Source: a virus (lineage: Duplodnaviria > Caudoviricetes). Taken from it: 64,000 bases of DNA. Below the pieces are notes generated by a model. That model saw nothing but the letters and a program-made list of their open reading frames with translations, did not search any database and was not told where the DNA came from. This document shows, piece after piece, positions 54,656-63,970 of this stretch (position 1 is the stretch's first letter; the number at the start of each line of letters is the position of its first letter). The stretch lies in the IMG/VR virus record IMGVR_UViG_3300010965_000001, positions 146,563 through 210,562 of that record. One strand, given 5' to 3'. A program made the position numbers and the translations under genes.

Positions 54656-55166
54656 TCAGTTCCTCAAAGGTTTTTGGAGTATAATTAAGATGCTCCACAC
54701 AACAGTTGATTGCTTTTGGAAACTGTTTAGTGAGTATCTTTTCGTGAACATGCCCATGTAAAAGATACTTACATTCTTCATGTCTCTCTGTGAGAGTAGC
54801 ACTTCCATCCATTTCATTTAAGATGTAAATACTCATTGGGTCATGGATGATTAACACTTCATCTTTGTAAATGTAATTCACGACTTTATCAAAACCTAAT
54901 CTAAGCATGTAATCTTTACCGCCATCGTGATTCCCATTTACCAATATCTTATAACCATTCAACATTTCTAAGATACCCTTTGCTCTCTCAAAATTGCAGA
55001 GAGCAAAGTCACCAATATGTATAACGGTATCCTCTGGAGTAACCACCTTATTCCAATTCTCAATCATGGTTGCGTCCATTGTAAGAGCATCTTCAAATGG
55101 TCTATTACAATATTTGATGATATTCTTATGTCCAAAATGTGTGTCTGCTATGTAAAATGTTTTCAT
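54648..55166 (-). CDS. Calcineurin-like metallophosphoesterase
   Basis: ADTHFGH, GDF, GNHD, HGHVH. Confidence 0.88.
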   Translation of the reverse strand: MKTFYIADTHFGHKNIIKYCNRPFEDALTMDATMIENWNKVVTPEDTVIHIGDFALCNFERAKGILEMLNGYKILVNGNHDGGKDYMLRLGFDKVVNYIYKDEVLIIHDPMSIYILNEMDGSATLTERHEECKYLLHGHVHEKILTKQFPKAINCCVEHLNYTPKTFEELIS

Positions 55167-55170
55167 ATTA

Positions 55171-56484
55171 TCACCAATGGTCGGATTCTACTGTTTCTCT
55201 ACCGAATCCAAATCCCTTTCCTTTACCTGTTAATTTTTTAATACTATTTGCGTCTGCATATTTGTACGCTTCACTTAGATTCTTTGCAAATATATCCTTC
55301 ACTTCTTTAATGAGTGGGATGTCAATCTCCCGCCCTGACGATGCCGCAAAACTCATACTTGCAAGTGACAACTCCTTAATCTGTGCACCTGTCATACCAG
55401 TGACAACAGGTTTAAGGTCAATCTCATTCACTTTAACATCAAAGAAATCTGAGAAGTACAACTCTGCACACTTAATTGCCCAATCACCTTCAAGTGCTTC
55501 GAATCTGTAGATTTTATCAATACGTCCTGGACGTGTTAAGATACGTGCTTCAATCTTGTCGGGGAAGTTCGTTGACATCATAATAAGACTTCCCATTGGA
55601 TTGAAAGGTGTGTCCACTCCATCTAAGAAGTTTAATACACCTGAGTTACCCTGTGAATTGCCAAGTGTTGCATCGGCATCTTCAATGAAAATCAGTGTGC
55701 TCACGTTATGTTTTGCACAACTTGCCATATGTTCCGCAGCGGCGGAAATATCCGTACAGAATACAATACTCTTTTCCTTCGCATATTCTTTTGCAATCTT
55801 GTAAAACAAACTACTCTTACCAGTGCCAGGTTCACTAATCAACATGAACTTTCTAACACCATTTTGTTTATAACGTGTGAACAAATCAACATTATTGTAA
55901 TAATATCGGATGTCACCCAAAATTTCATCTACCTTCGGATGAATTACAGGTGATTCGGGTAGATTATCAATTGGATAATATTCCAATCCAATCAGCCCCA
56001 TTGCCGCACGCATGATTCCAACTTTTGGTTTACGATTTGCTTTCGCCTGAACGTCAAATGCCTTCAAGTATGCGGAGTAAGAAGAATACTCTCCAATGAC
56101 AAGTGTGTTGATGGACATATTCTTACCAAATCCTTCAAGCCACCGTCCGACAAGCAACACACTTCCATCGGAGAATGTCATCTTGAATAGACCTGTCTTA
56201 TTACGTGACACCAACTTTTTATACGTACCATCGGAAGTCTTGTTGCCGTTGATGTACGGTGCAATGTGATACGGAACAATGAACTTAAATTCAATCTGCT
56301 CATATGCGGTAGGGAAGGGCTTCTTTGACTTACTCTTTTTATAACGATGAATAAGTCCTTGAATCGCCCTATCCTCAAATTCAGATTCACTTGATGGGGA
56401 GAAAACATTGACGAACTTTGTCGTTTTTGTAATATCCCTGTAAACTTGGATGATGTCAAAGCATATTCTATCCATTTGTTTCAT
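55171..56484 (-). CDS. AAA+ ATPase
   Basis: SEPGTGKS, FIEDAD, LNFLDG, STN, RPGRID; start moved to MKQMDR. Confidence 0.88.
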   Translation of the reverse strand: MKQMDRICFDIIQVYRDITKTTKFVNVFSPSSESEFEDRAIQGLIHRYKKSKSKKPFPTAYEQIEFKFIVPYHIAPYINGNKTSDGTYKKLVSRNKTGLFKMTFSDGSVLLVGRWLEGFGKNMSINTLVIGEYSSYSAYLKAFDVQAKANRKPKVGIMRAAMGLIGLEYYPIDNLPESPVIHPKVDEILGDIRYYYNNVDLFTRYKQNGVRKFMLISEPGTGKSSLFYKIAKEYAKEKSIVFCTDISAAAEHMASCAKHNVSTLIFIEDADATLGNSQGNSGVLNFLDGVDTPFNPMGSLIMMSTNFPDKIEARILTRPGRIDKIYRFEALEGDWAIKCAELYFSDFFDVKVNEIDLKPVVTGMTGAQIKELSLASMSFAASSGREIDIPLIKEVKDIFAKNLSEAYKYADANSIKKLTGKGKGFGFGRETVESDHW

Positions 56485-56530
56485 GTAGTAACCCTTTAGG
56501 AAGTGTAAGAAGTGTGTTATTGATGTATAT

Positions 56531-56566
56531 AATATAAGAAAATTCCCCTTAAAAGTCAAGGGGAAT
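56531..56566 (-). promoter_or_regulatory. Sigma70-type promoter overlapping a terminator hairpin
   Basis: TTGACT-N17-TATATT (56531-56559); TTCCCCTT/AAGGGGAA hairpin then TTTT. Confidence 0.72.
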
Positions 56567-56571
56567 GTTTT

Positions 56572-57264
56572 TTAAAGCGTCATTTGCTCAAACGTGTCTT
56601 TAGTTTGGTCAAATTTGAGAAATTGACCACGATGGATTGCATCGATGTTATAATTTCCACCATCGGTAAATTCAATTTCACCTTTGAGGTGTGTATGCCC
56701 GAACACCTGACGTAATCCTTCAACGGGAATGAACTCTTGATTCCAATCATTCCAAAAAATACCACCATAAGGATACGGTCCACCACGTGCTCTACCACAA
56801 TAATACAGTGGGCTTTCATCTGCATACAGTCCATCAAACGACACAAGTTTCTCTTCAAGAGTTTCAAGCGTGATTCCGTGCGGTTCTGCGAATCGTGCAC
56901 TAAGTCCCGCGTGAGTGATAAGAAGATTTGCGTCCTTAATGTAAACATACGACTTGAAGAGGTCTTCCATGTCTCGTCTGCGTCCGTCTTGCATGAGGAG
57001 CATGTTCGTGATAGGATTCCAACCAGTACATACCATCATGGGACGAAGATAACTGATTTCGTGATTGCCTTTGATAATAATCGCACGATTCTCTTGAGCA
57101 AGTCGAATTGCAAAATCGATACATTTGATTTGGTCATAAGGGTCGTATTCAAAACTGTCAAGGAAGTCACCTACAAATATCATCAACTCATCGTTCTCTT
57201 TTGCAAGATGTGCGATTTGCTGCATTCGTGTAATATCCCCGTGGATGTCTCCGATAATATACAT
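56572..57264 (-). CDS. Calcineurin-like metallophosphoesterase
   Basis: GDIHG, GDFLD, GNHE, THAG, GHTH. Confidence 0.88.
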   Translation of the reverse strand: MYIIGDIHGDITRMQQIAHLAKENDELMIFVGDFLDSFEYDPYDQIKCIDFAIRLAQENRAIIIKGNHEISYLRPMMVCTGWNPITNMLLMQDGRRRDMEDLFKSYVYIKDANLLITHAGLSARFAEPHGITLETLEEKLVSFDGLYADESPLYYCGRARGGPYPYGGIFWNDWNQEFIPVEGLRQVFGHTHLKGEIEFTDGGNYNIDAIHRGQFLKFDQTKDTFEQMTL

Positions 57265-57276
57265 AACCTTTATTCC

Positions 57277-57399
57277 TTATTTACGTCTGTGTGATTTTAC
57301 AGTAGAACTTTTAACAATGACACTTCGTTTAGTGCCTGTTCTTTTGTTTGTTATAGTCTTATATGTAGATTTACGTTTGTGACCTTTTACAGATGCCAT
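57277..57399 (-). CDS. Small highly basic protein
   Basis: 40 aa MASVKGHKRK...VKSHRRK; AAGGA RBS; absent from the ORF track. Confidence 0.6.
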   Translation of the reverse strand: MASVKGHKRKSTYKTITNKRTGTKRSVIVKSSTVKSHRRK

Positions 57400-57410
57400 A
57401 ACCGTTTTCC

Positions 57411-58475
57411 TTATAAACTATTTGTAGTTTTTACCACCTGTTTAGTTGATATTTGTAAATTCTTCGCGTCTTCCATTGCCTCACTACCAATGAAATCTCT
57501 TTTTTTATTATTTTCTTCAACAAAAAATTCAGTTAAATGCGATGTAAACTTTCCAAGATTGTCATAAATTGGTGAAAGTTTATTTTTAATGGAATTCAAA
57601 TTTGAACGAACATATTGAAGTGTTCGTTCTGTATCCAATGACAGTGTGGCGAACGGTGCTTCTCCAGCACCAAATCCCTTACTTCCCCATCGAAGAACAA
57701 ATTGTGCGTTATTAGTACCACCAGAATTTCTAAACAATCTGTCGAATGTTTCCATATCAACATCATATTTATAAAAATTCAATGTAGTATCATCATCCGC
57801 CCGCCCAATCATAATATACGTTACAACACCATTATATGATGGGTCTTTCAACGAACGTTCCAATCCATGTTTACTTCCCTTAACAATGAGGTATTTACCA
57901 CCACCAGTATATGATAATAATTTTGCACTATACGCTCTGCCACCAGCCTCAAAGTCAACAATACTAACGTTACTTTCCTTTGCTTCCGAAAGTAAGTTAA
58001 CAGTTAAATCGTCCTGACCTTCTGCGATTTTCAATTGCTTACCACCTGTGATTGCCGCGAGCAATGCTTCCCATATAAATCCCGCACCACTATATGAAAA
58101 ACCTTTTATAATTCTTGTAACAGTCTGAATGCTGAGAAGTGTTCTGAATACTTCGGAAATATCACTCTTTGAAGTATTTCTTGCCACGTTCCGATTAATT
58201 GAATTTATAAAATTTTCAATCTTTAATTCGGGTGTAGACCCATGACAGTACTTGCCAATAATTGACTGTAACTGCATTCTATCCCTTTCCTCTGGTGTTC
58301 CCCAATTTTCACTAATAGTTAACGATGGAAGATTGTTGAGTAAGGTTTCCAACTTCGTTCGTGTCTTCACTGACATTTCTTCACCTGCGACTGGACCACG
58401 TTCATCAATCTCTCCATTGGCAAATGAGTTAAAATTTTTACGATATTTCGATATATCTTCTGATGCGTATCTCAT
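57411..58475 (-). CDS. Hypothetical protein (possible PD-(D/E)XK-like core)
   Basis: 354 aa; AGFIWEALLAA...VDF...YSAK; TATTTATA upstream. Confidence 0.6.
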   Translation of the reverse strand: MRYASEDISKYRKNFNSFANGEIDERGPVAGEEMSVKTRTKLETLLNNLPSLTISENWGTPEERDRMQLQSIIGKYCHGSTPELKIENFINSINRNVARNTSKSDISEVFRTLLSIQTVTRIIKGFSYSGAGFIWEALLAAITGGKQLKIAEGQDDLTVNLLSEAKESNVSIVDFEAGGRAYSAKLLSYTGGGKYLIVKGSKHGLERSLKDPSYNGVVTYIMIGRADDDTTLNFYKYDVDMETFDRLFRNSGGTNNAQFVLRWGSKGFGAGEAPFATLSLDTERTLQYVRSNLNSIKNKLSPIYDNLGKFTSHLTEFFVEENNKKRDFIGSEAMEDAKNLQISTKQVVKTTNSL

Positions 58476-58521
58476 TGTATCTCCTTATTGTTATATGATA
58501 TAAATATCAATTTCATAACAA

Positions 58522-59070
58522 TTATGCACTCTCAACCTTCTTTTTTATGCGTTTTAATTTAGTAATTAACGCACCAATCTTGTTTTTGGTGTAACCTGTA
58601 ACGACAATAAACCATCTCGTCTGTGTCTCCGCTTCCTCAACCTTCCAAACACCTAAGAAGAACGGGATTCCGTACTTAATTATCTGTCCCTTTGCAGGGT
58701 CACACAAGTAAACAAATTCTGCATCAAATCCAACAAACACCATATAGTGACCACATCCATCTTCAACAACAAGATGGACGATTGGTAGACAGTCTTTAAG
58801 TAACCATGCCTTAAGTTTATTCAACGTTCCTTTATCAACCTGCTTCACCTTAAATCCAAGAGTTTTTAGTCCTAATTCAAAGTTCAATTCATCCGTTCCA
58901 TTTGCATCAATCCCCGACACCAAACAAATTTCTCTGTCCGTTAAATCGATTCCATAATCGTGATACAAGACCGTACGAATCGCACTCGGACCGCAGGACC
59001 ACGGGAGTTGCTGTTCAAATGGTTTGACATCGATGATATATTTTTCTTCCGATTTCTCTTCATCTGACAT
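58522..59070 (-). CDS. C39-like cysteine peptidase
   Basis: QQ...SCGP, GHYMVFVG, YLCDP. Confidence 0.82.
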   Translation of the reverse strand: MSDEEKSEEKYIIDVKPFEQQLPWSCGPSAIRTVLYHDYGIDLTDREICLVSGIDANGTDELNFELGLKTLGFKVKQVDKGTLNKLKAWLLKDCLPIVHLVVEDGCGHYMVFVGFDAEFVYLCDPAKGQIIKYGIPFFLGVWKVEEAETQTRWFIVVTGYTKNKIGALITKLKRIKKKVESA

Positions 59071-59079
59071 ATAATCTCC

Positions 59080-59532
59080 TTAGACGGCAAGTGCTTGCAA
59101 ATATTCCATTGCTTCTCTTTCATTATCAAACACAATGTCGGACGCTTCCAACACAAATGCGTGCTGGTGAATATTTTCCTTTTCCATAACCGTTACGGTG
59201 TGTTTACCCAACTGATGTGCCCACGCCAATTCCATACACGTTCCAATCGATACTCTGTCTACTTTTAATAGATTTGCAAAAATAACATCTGCGTTACTGA
59301 CCATCCAACGGTCGCGTTCAATGATTGCATGATTTGTGGTGATTGGATTACCTTCTATACCATGCGCCTTCAATGAAATTTCTGTACGCAGGTTAGTCTT
59401 CCCAACCATTGGACTGAAAACATCATATCCCATATTTTCACAGTACTGTTTATAATCAGTATAATAATCTATAACCTCTTGGCCCGTGCATCCACTGATA
59501 GGACGAGCCAAGTATATTTTTAATTTTTTCAT
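59080..59532 (-). CDS. Nucleoside 2-deoxyribosyltransferase-like protein
   Basis: KIYLA.P, RD..MV..AD, S.GT.MELAWA..LGK. Confidence 0.75.
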   Translation of the reverse strand: MKKLKIYLARPISGCTGQEVIDYYTDYKQYCENMGYDVFSPMVGKTNLRTEISLKAHGIEGNPITTNHAIIERDRWMVSNADVIFANLLKVDRVSIGTCMELAWAHQLGKHTVTVMEKENIHQHAFVLEASDIVFDNEREAMEYLQALAV

Positions 59533-59832
59533 TTAATCCTCTTTTGTGATTCTTGAAAATTCATCAACGTAAATGAACAACACACCATCGTCACTGACAG
59601 AAATTGTACAATAATCACCATTATATTTAAAATAATTCGGGTTGTAAACCTTTCCATGTGCTGACGTGGCTTGGTCAATTCCAATCTCTTTCAATTCTTC
59701 GTTTACAGCGAAGCCACCAGACCACTGAATGGTGAGTGATTCGTTGACATTGTAAGTAGACAATATCACCTTACAATTTTTCTTAAATGTTATGTATGCA
59801 CCGCTGGTGTTTGGTAACGATAAAATGTTCAT
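59533..59832 (-). CDS. Hypothetical protein
   Basis: 99 aa; coupled. Confidence 0.6.
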   Translation of the reverse strand: MNILSLPNTSGAYITFKKNCKVILSTYNVNESLTIQWSGGFAVNEELKEIGIDQATSAHGKVYNPNYFKYNGDYCTISVSDDGVLFIYVDEFSRITKED

Positions 59833-60122
59833 TTTGTTCTCCCTAAATAATCTTCAACTGTTTCCGTATTAAACGGTTCTTTCTTTACATTGGGTCCGAA
59901 TGCTTCCTCAATTTCTTTCTCATACTGTTCCATCTCTTCTGGAGTTGCCACCTTCCATTTATACGTATCCCAATTCTGATTTTCCATATCATCGTCCACG
60001 GGTTCTTGTAACGCATTAACATTAATTCGTTTTTTACTTCCCTGTACATATCCAAGTCCAAAGAAACATCCAGCAAACACGGTGAGTAATATCAACAATT
60101 CCCAATCTATCATTCTATCCAA
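59829..60122 (-). CDS. Hypothetical membrane protein
   Basis: N-terminal TM. Confidence 0.6.
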   Translation of the reverse strand: MDRMIDWELLILLTVFAGCFFGLGYVQGSKKRINVNALQEPVDDDMENQNWDTYKWKVATPEEMEQYEKEIEEAFGPNVKKEPFNTETVEDYLGRTK

Positions 60123-60313
60123 TCCTCCGTTCCAGCCTCCGCGGCTTCTTTAGATGTCCATTTTACACCACTACTTCGGTAATGTTTTAATTCAGACTCA
60201 AGACACCGTACCTTATAAAGCAGTGCTCGACATTCATTTGCATAATCTACTCTAAGTTGAAATTCTTCATTTAAGATTCGATATTTTTCTTGCAATTCTT
60301 CAAGTTCTGTCAT
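60110..60313 (-). CDS. Hypothetical protein
   Basis: 67 aa; coiled coil. Confidence 0.55.
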   Translation of the reverse strand: MTELEELQEKYRILNEEFQLRVDYANECRALLYKVRCLESELKHYRSSGVKWTSKEAAEAGTEDWIE

Positions 60314-60747
60314 TAATAGACACTCCCTTCTTGTCCCGTGGAGTTACTGTTGGTGCATTCATATAAATGATTAGAAGCATGTGGGCATCGTTTATTTCCA
60401 CAAATCGGACATACAATGAATATCAGTCCAACTACCTTTGGGTTACACATTTTGCATGTACATGCACCGTTTCTACCGTAATTCTCAATTAGAAGTCGGT
60501 GTTCCTCGTGAAATCTGCGGGACTGTTCTTCCAATTCAGATTTCTTGAGTTCTGCATTTAATATACCTTGCAGTTGTTCCTTTAACGCAAAGTTCTCACC
60601 CTCCAACTCAAGATTCTTTTGTGACAGTTCTTGAATACGCTGAACTAATTCGGATGTGAATGCGACTTGTGAACTTCGATATTCCACTGCACGTTCATTA
60701 CTCCGTATAATCATTTCTGCATCTCCACTTGGCATGTTAGTCTCCAC
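60313..60747 (-). CDS. Coiled-coil protein with Cys/His C-terminal domain
   Basis: CTCKMC...CPICGNKRCPHASNH..C. Confidence 0.65.
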   Translation of the reverse strand: METNMPSGDAEMIIRSNERAVEYRSSQVAFTSELVQRIQELSQKNLELEGENFALKEQLQGILNAELKKSELEEQSRRFHEEHRLLIENYGRNGACTCKMCNPKVVGLIFIVCPICGNKRCPHASNHLYECTNSNSTGQEGSVY

Positions 60748-60928
60748 TTATTATTAACACCATTCCTGTAAATCCAGACGTAAGTCCCAATACTGCACAT
60801 GTAGCACCGATTGCAGGATTTGCGCCAATTTTGTCTGCTACTAATGCCAACACCAAACAAATACTGGTAAATATGAATACTTTAATTGAGTTCTTCATCT
60901 CAGTCTCCTTCAAGTTCCGCGGTTTCAA
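60737..60928 (-). CDS. Small two-TM membrane protein
   Basis: Two hydrophobic helices; true start probably MKNSIK. Confidence 0.5.
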   Translation of the reverse strand: MKPRNLKETEMKNSIKVFIFTSICLVLALVADKIGANPAIGATCAVLGLTSGFTGMVLIISGD

Positions 60929-61130
60929 TTACAACCCATCCTTTACCTTCACGCAAATCATATGGAATAAATGGAGAGTAACCATCGTCTGGAGGAGGAA
61001 CCATAAATCCTGTGGGTTCCCCTTCATCATCTCCGACAACCACGTCTACTCCATCTGCATTACGGAGTGCATCACCAAAGTAAATACCAACTCCATTATC
61101 ATCATAATACCCAGTGAATAGTTTATCCAT
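60900..61130 (-). CDS. Hypothetical acidic protein
   Basis: 76 aa; TG..D.NG..IY.GD. Confidence 0.55.
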   Translation of the reverse strand: MDKLFTGYYDDNGVGIYFGDALRNADGVDVVVGDDEGEPTGFMVPPPDDGYSPFIPYDLREGKGWVVIETAELEGD

Positions 61131-61395
61131 GTAGAACTCCCTTCTTCTTATTCAACTCTGCAATTTTTTTAAGACGTTTCTTATTACCCCGTGCTTCTAC
61201 AATTGCCATGATAGCCGCGACTCCCCCCGCCACAAGAAGTATGACGAGAATTAATGCCAAGACAATCCAGATAGGACTCAACACCCACCACCATGACCAA
61301 TCGATTTGATTTGTTAATTTCAGTCCGATGAAAAGAAGCGTCAATGCACCACCGAACCCAATTCCACCACTGCTTGATGAAGATGTATTGCTCAT
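61123..61395 (-). CDS. Conserved phage membrane protein
   Basis: GGIGF...LTLLFI.LKLT..IDWSWWWVLSPIW; start moved to MSNTSS. Confidence 0.7.
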   Translation of the reverse strand: MSNTSSSSSGGIGFGGALTLLFIGLKLTNQIDWSWWWVLSPIWIVLALILVILLVAGGVAAIMAIVEARGNKKRLKKIAELNKKKGVLHG

Positions 61396-61396
61396 A

Positions 61397-61768
61397 TTAT
61401 TTCCCCCATTTTTTATTTGATACAATCCGCGCGATAACCCCATAGACGGACAAGTCAAGGAAACTATCATCAACTGATTCGTTTAATCCTTCTTTGCGAT
61501 TTATAACCACTAGATTTTTAATGCGACTAATCTTATCATTCATACGGAAGAAAATTCCACAGAGACTTAACCAAATCGATGTTTCATCTTCAAGTTTAGA
61601 ACCAAGAGAAATATTCTCCGTCCCATAATCAAGTTGTTTACTACAGAATGTATATAAATCACGTTTCTGCAATCGTTTAAATTCTTCAACCATTTGAGGA
61701 CACTTGGCTCCAAGCAACCCTGTCATAGTTTCCAACTGTTCATCTGTAACATACTGTGGTATTTCCAT
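61397..61768 (-). CDS. DUF1599 / nucleotide-modification-associated domain protein
   Basis: KQLDYG, R.NDK.SR.KNL, ES..DSF.DL..YG.IA. Confidence 0.75.
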   Translation of the reverse strand: MEIPQYVTDEQLETMTGLLGAKCPQMVEEFKRLQKRDLYTFCSKQLDYGTENISLGSKLEDETSIWLSLCGIFFRMNDKISRIKNLVVINRKEGLNESVDDSFLDLSVYGVIARIVSNKKWGK

Positions 61769-61786
61769 AAATTATTTTCTTTCTGA

Positions 61787-61963
61787 CTAGTGTTCGCCAC
61801 AAAGGACGATTGTGTGACCGTTTTTAATTAGACAGCGTTTGAGCTCTTCAATATTATTGAAGTAACCTGAGAATCCCATGATTTGGCGAGTATGATCGTC
61901 ATAGACGTATTCGTTCAATCGGAACCCTTCGGGAACATCTTCGGGACTTTCCGTAATAACCAT
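61787..61963 (-). CDS. Small hypothetical protein
   Basis: 58 aa from MVITESPED; GGAGG upstream; absent from the ORF track. Confidence 0.45.
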   Translation of the reverse strand: MVITESPEDVPEGFRLNEYVYDDHTRQIMGFSGYFNNIEELKRCLIKNGHTIVLCGEH

Positions 61964-62001
61964 CTACTTCATGTTACCTCCCATTGTTTAGTAGTGTATA
62001 T

Positions 62002-62030
62002 AATATAGGAAATTTTTCGGCAAAAATCAA
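62002..62030 (-). promoter_or_regulatory. Sigma70-type promoter
   Basis: TTGATT-N17-TATATT. Confidence 0.65.
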
Positions 62031-62137
62031 GGATAAAAAAACAAAAAGGAAGGATATTATGAGCAAAAAAGGGGTCAAATATGCGCCAATTGTCAGTAAT
62101 TTGTCTTTTGTCTTATTTTGTATCATAATAACTCATA

Positions 62138-62350
62138 TTAACTAAAGGGATGTGACCGTTTATAGTACATTGCTTTTGAATTTTTTCTACCACACTTTCT
62201 CGGTGTGTATTTTCTCTTGAGATTTGCTCTAATATTGTAATTCAACCATTTCATCTTCCATTCATCCGTATCCAATTCAGCCTTTGCCCAACGCATCACC
62301 GCGTATCCCCACAATAGAGATAGTACAACTATAATCAAATATTCTATCAT
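62138..62350 (-). CDS. Small membrane protein
   Basis: 70 aa; N-terminal TM, basic tail. Confidence 0.5.
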   Translation of the reverse strand: MIEYLIIVVLSLLWGYAVMRWAKAELDTDEWKMKWLNYNIRANLKRKYTPRKCGRKNSKAMYYKRSHPFS

Positions 62351-62535
62351 TTTGATTGTCTCCCATCATTATATACGTCACGACAATAAACTTCCTTGTC
62401 AATATATTTACACTGACCTTTTTCTGTACATGGTCTATTTACTCCGTGATATTTTATAGAATGTTGCACATTATGACAACATGCATATTTTTCACATTGA
62501 GAATTTCCAGCGTATTCACAAATCAATATTTTCAT
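62347..62535 (-). CDS. Small Cys-rich protein
   Basis: 62 aa from MKILIC. Confidence 0.45.
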   Translation of the reverse strand: MKILICEYAGNSQCEKYACCHNVQHSIKYHGVNRPCTEKGQCKYIDKEVYCRDVYNDGRQSK

Positions 62536-62756
62536 TGAAAAACCCCCATAAGATATAAAAATAATGATGTAAATGTTGCTCCCACTACAGTAGCAACGGT
62601 GTATATAATCCACTCCAAAGTAGGGGAGATTTCAACTGGACCATACATTTCCACTCTTGTATATCGTTCATCACACGGATGTACTTTCCATCCATCATCC
62701 GTCAGGCACCAGTTACCACCTTTGAATTGTCGATACCACCTGCTACGTTCTATCAT
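62532..62756 (-). CDS. Small membrane protein
   Basis: 74 aa; C-terminal TM. Confidence 0.5.
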   Translation of the reverse strand: MIERSRWYRQFKGGNWCLTDDGWKVHPCDERYTRVEMYGPVEISPTLEWIIYTVATVVGATFTSLFLYLMGVFQ

Positions 62757-62938
62757 TTTTCATATGTCCTTTCGTGAATAGCACCTTCTAAGAATCCTCT
62801 TGTATATTCCTTTTCAATTAACGCAGAAACAACTTCTCTGAAGCGGTGAAAGTGCATAACGTATTTCAACTCTCCCCACTCACCACGAATCTCAGAGTTT
62901 TCCTTAAAGATTTTTTCCAGTTCGTCGGCTTCTATCAT
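62753..62938 (-). CDS. Small hypothetical protein
   Basis: 61 aa; ends EKEYTRGFLEGAIHERTYEK. Confidence 0.55.
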   Translation of the reverse strand: MIEADELEKIFKENSEIRGEWGELKYVMHFHRFREVVSALIEKEYTRGFLEGAIHERTYEK

Positions 62939-63042
62939 TTCTGATAAGTCCTTTCGTATGTTGCACCCTCTAAAAAACCACGAGTGTATTCTTTTTCTAA
63001 CAATTCTGAAACTGATTTTACAAATATTTTTTTATAGAGCAT
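62935..63042 (-). CDS. Small hypothetical protein
   Basis: 35 aa from MLYKKI; ends EKEYTRGFLEGATYERTYQK. Confidence 0.45.
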   Translation of the reverse strand: MLYKKIFVKSVSELLEKEYTRGFLEGATYERTYQK

Positions 63043-63055
63043 CAGTATATTATAA

Positions 63056-63205
63056 TTATAGGAATCGCCATTTGTTGCCAAAACGTTTATCGCAGTGTGG
63101 ACATTTCTCAGGATACTTCCCCCATTCAACGATGTTACCTTTACAGTCTTGGGAAATTCCATGACCGCAGTGAGTATATACACATACGTTCTGTTTAACT
63201 TTCAT
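63056..63205 (-). CDS. Small Zn-binding protein
   Basis: 49 aa from MKVKQN; HCGH...CPHC. Confidence 0.4.
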   Translation of the reverse strand: MKVKQNVCVYTHCGHGISQDCKGNIVEWGKYPEKCPHCDKRFGNKWRFL

Positions 63206-63536
63206 CTGTTGTGGTCCTGTCAAGTTCATTAATGATTTCATCGGCATAAAATACAACGTCATTGTATGTATACTTACCACTTTGTACCATCGTTAATATC
63301 AACTTCCTACGATAATCGTCCTGCATCTTCCTCCACTCTTTAACATACCATTCCCGTGAAAGTGATTCCTCTAAGAACATACCCTTCAACTTCTGAATCT
63401 CTATCTCCTTCTCCAATAAACGACGAGCATATTCTTCGTGAATCTTCATAACATCTTCTGCGGTGATTGTTCGTTCTGATGTAGAAACAATTGACCTGTG
63501 GTTATCACCCCACAATAAATCACGAATTTTACCCAT
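63195..63536 (-). CDS. Hypothetical protein
   Basis: 113 aa; AAAGGA RBS. Confidence 0.6.
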   Translation of the reverse strand: MGKIRDLLWGDNHRSIVSTSERTITAEDVMKIHEEYARRLLEKEIEIQKLKGMFLEESLSREWYVKEWRKMQDDYRRKLILTMVQSGKYTYNDVVFYADEIINELDRTTTDES

Positions 63537-63548
63537 TGTGTTGTCCTT

Positions 63549-63749
63549 TCATAATATATCTAATATGATTTTAATAAGAAACCAAAATCCACCGAATATT
63601 ACGGCGAGAACAAATAGTGCCCCAGTCGTGGCTACATCCGTAATCATTGATAGGATGGTAAAGATTGCAACGAATGATGTCATTATAATCAATGCTTTAA
63701 TACTATTACTATATGAATTATACTTCTCTTTTACTTGTGTAAGTGTCAT
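63549..63749 (-). CDS. Small two-TM membrane protein
   Basis: 66 aa from MTLTQV. Confidence 0.5.
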   Translation of the reverse strand: MTLTQVKEKYNSYSNSIKALIIMTSFVAIFTILSMITDVATTGALFVLAVIFGGFWFLIKIILDIL

Positions 63750-63970
63750 TGTAATAATACTCCTATACCAAATCCGATTATAGTTCCTGTGATTGCAGCG
63801 GTTATTACAACTAACAGTAATTTCCGTTTCTCTGGCGATAAATTCTTCCACTTGTTACGTTCATAATTCTCCTTCTGAATTTTCCGCATCATCACTTCTA
63901 ATTCATCGTCAGTGATATTTGCAAGAGAATCATCAATCGCTTTTCCCAATTTCTCTAAATCAAGTGCCAT
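63746..63970 (-). CDS. Small membrane protein
   Basis: 74 aa; GGAG RBS; C-terminal TM. Confidence 0.55.
   Translation of the reverse strand: MALDLEKLGKAIDDSLANITDDELEVMMRKIQKENYERNKWKNLSPEKRKLLLVVITAAITGTIIGFGIGVLLQ

Noticed and set aside
61772-61972. Possible TAG recoding (ATG AAG TAG ATG... and a second in-frame TAG; similar pattern at 34643)
   Set aside because: Long genes are intact in the standard code, TAG is a plausible true stop at 23400, 35725 and 39097, and no CUA-anticodon tRNA was found.
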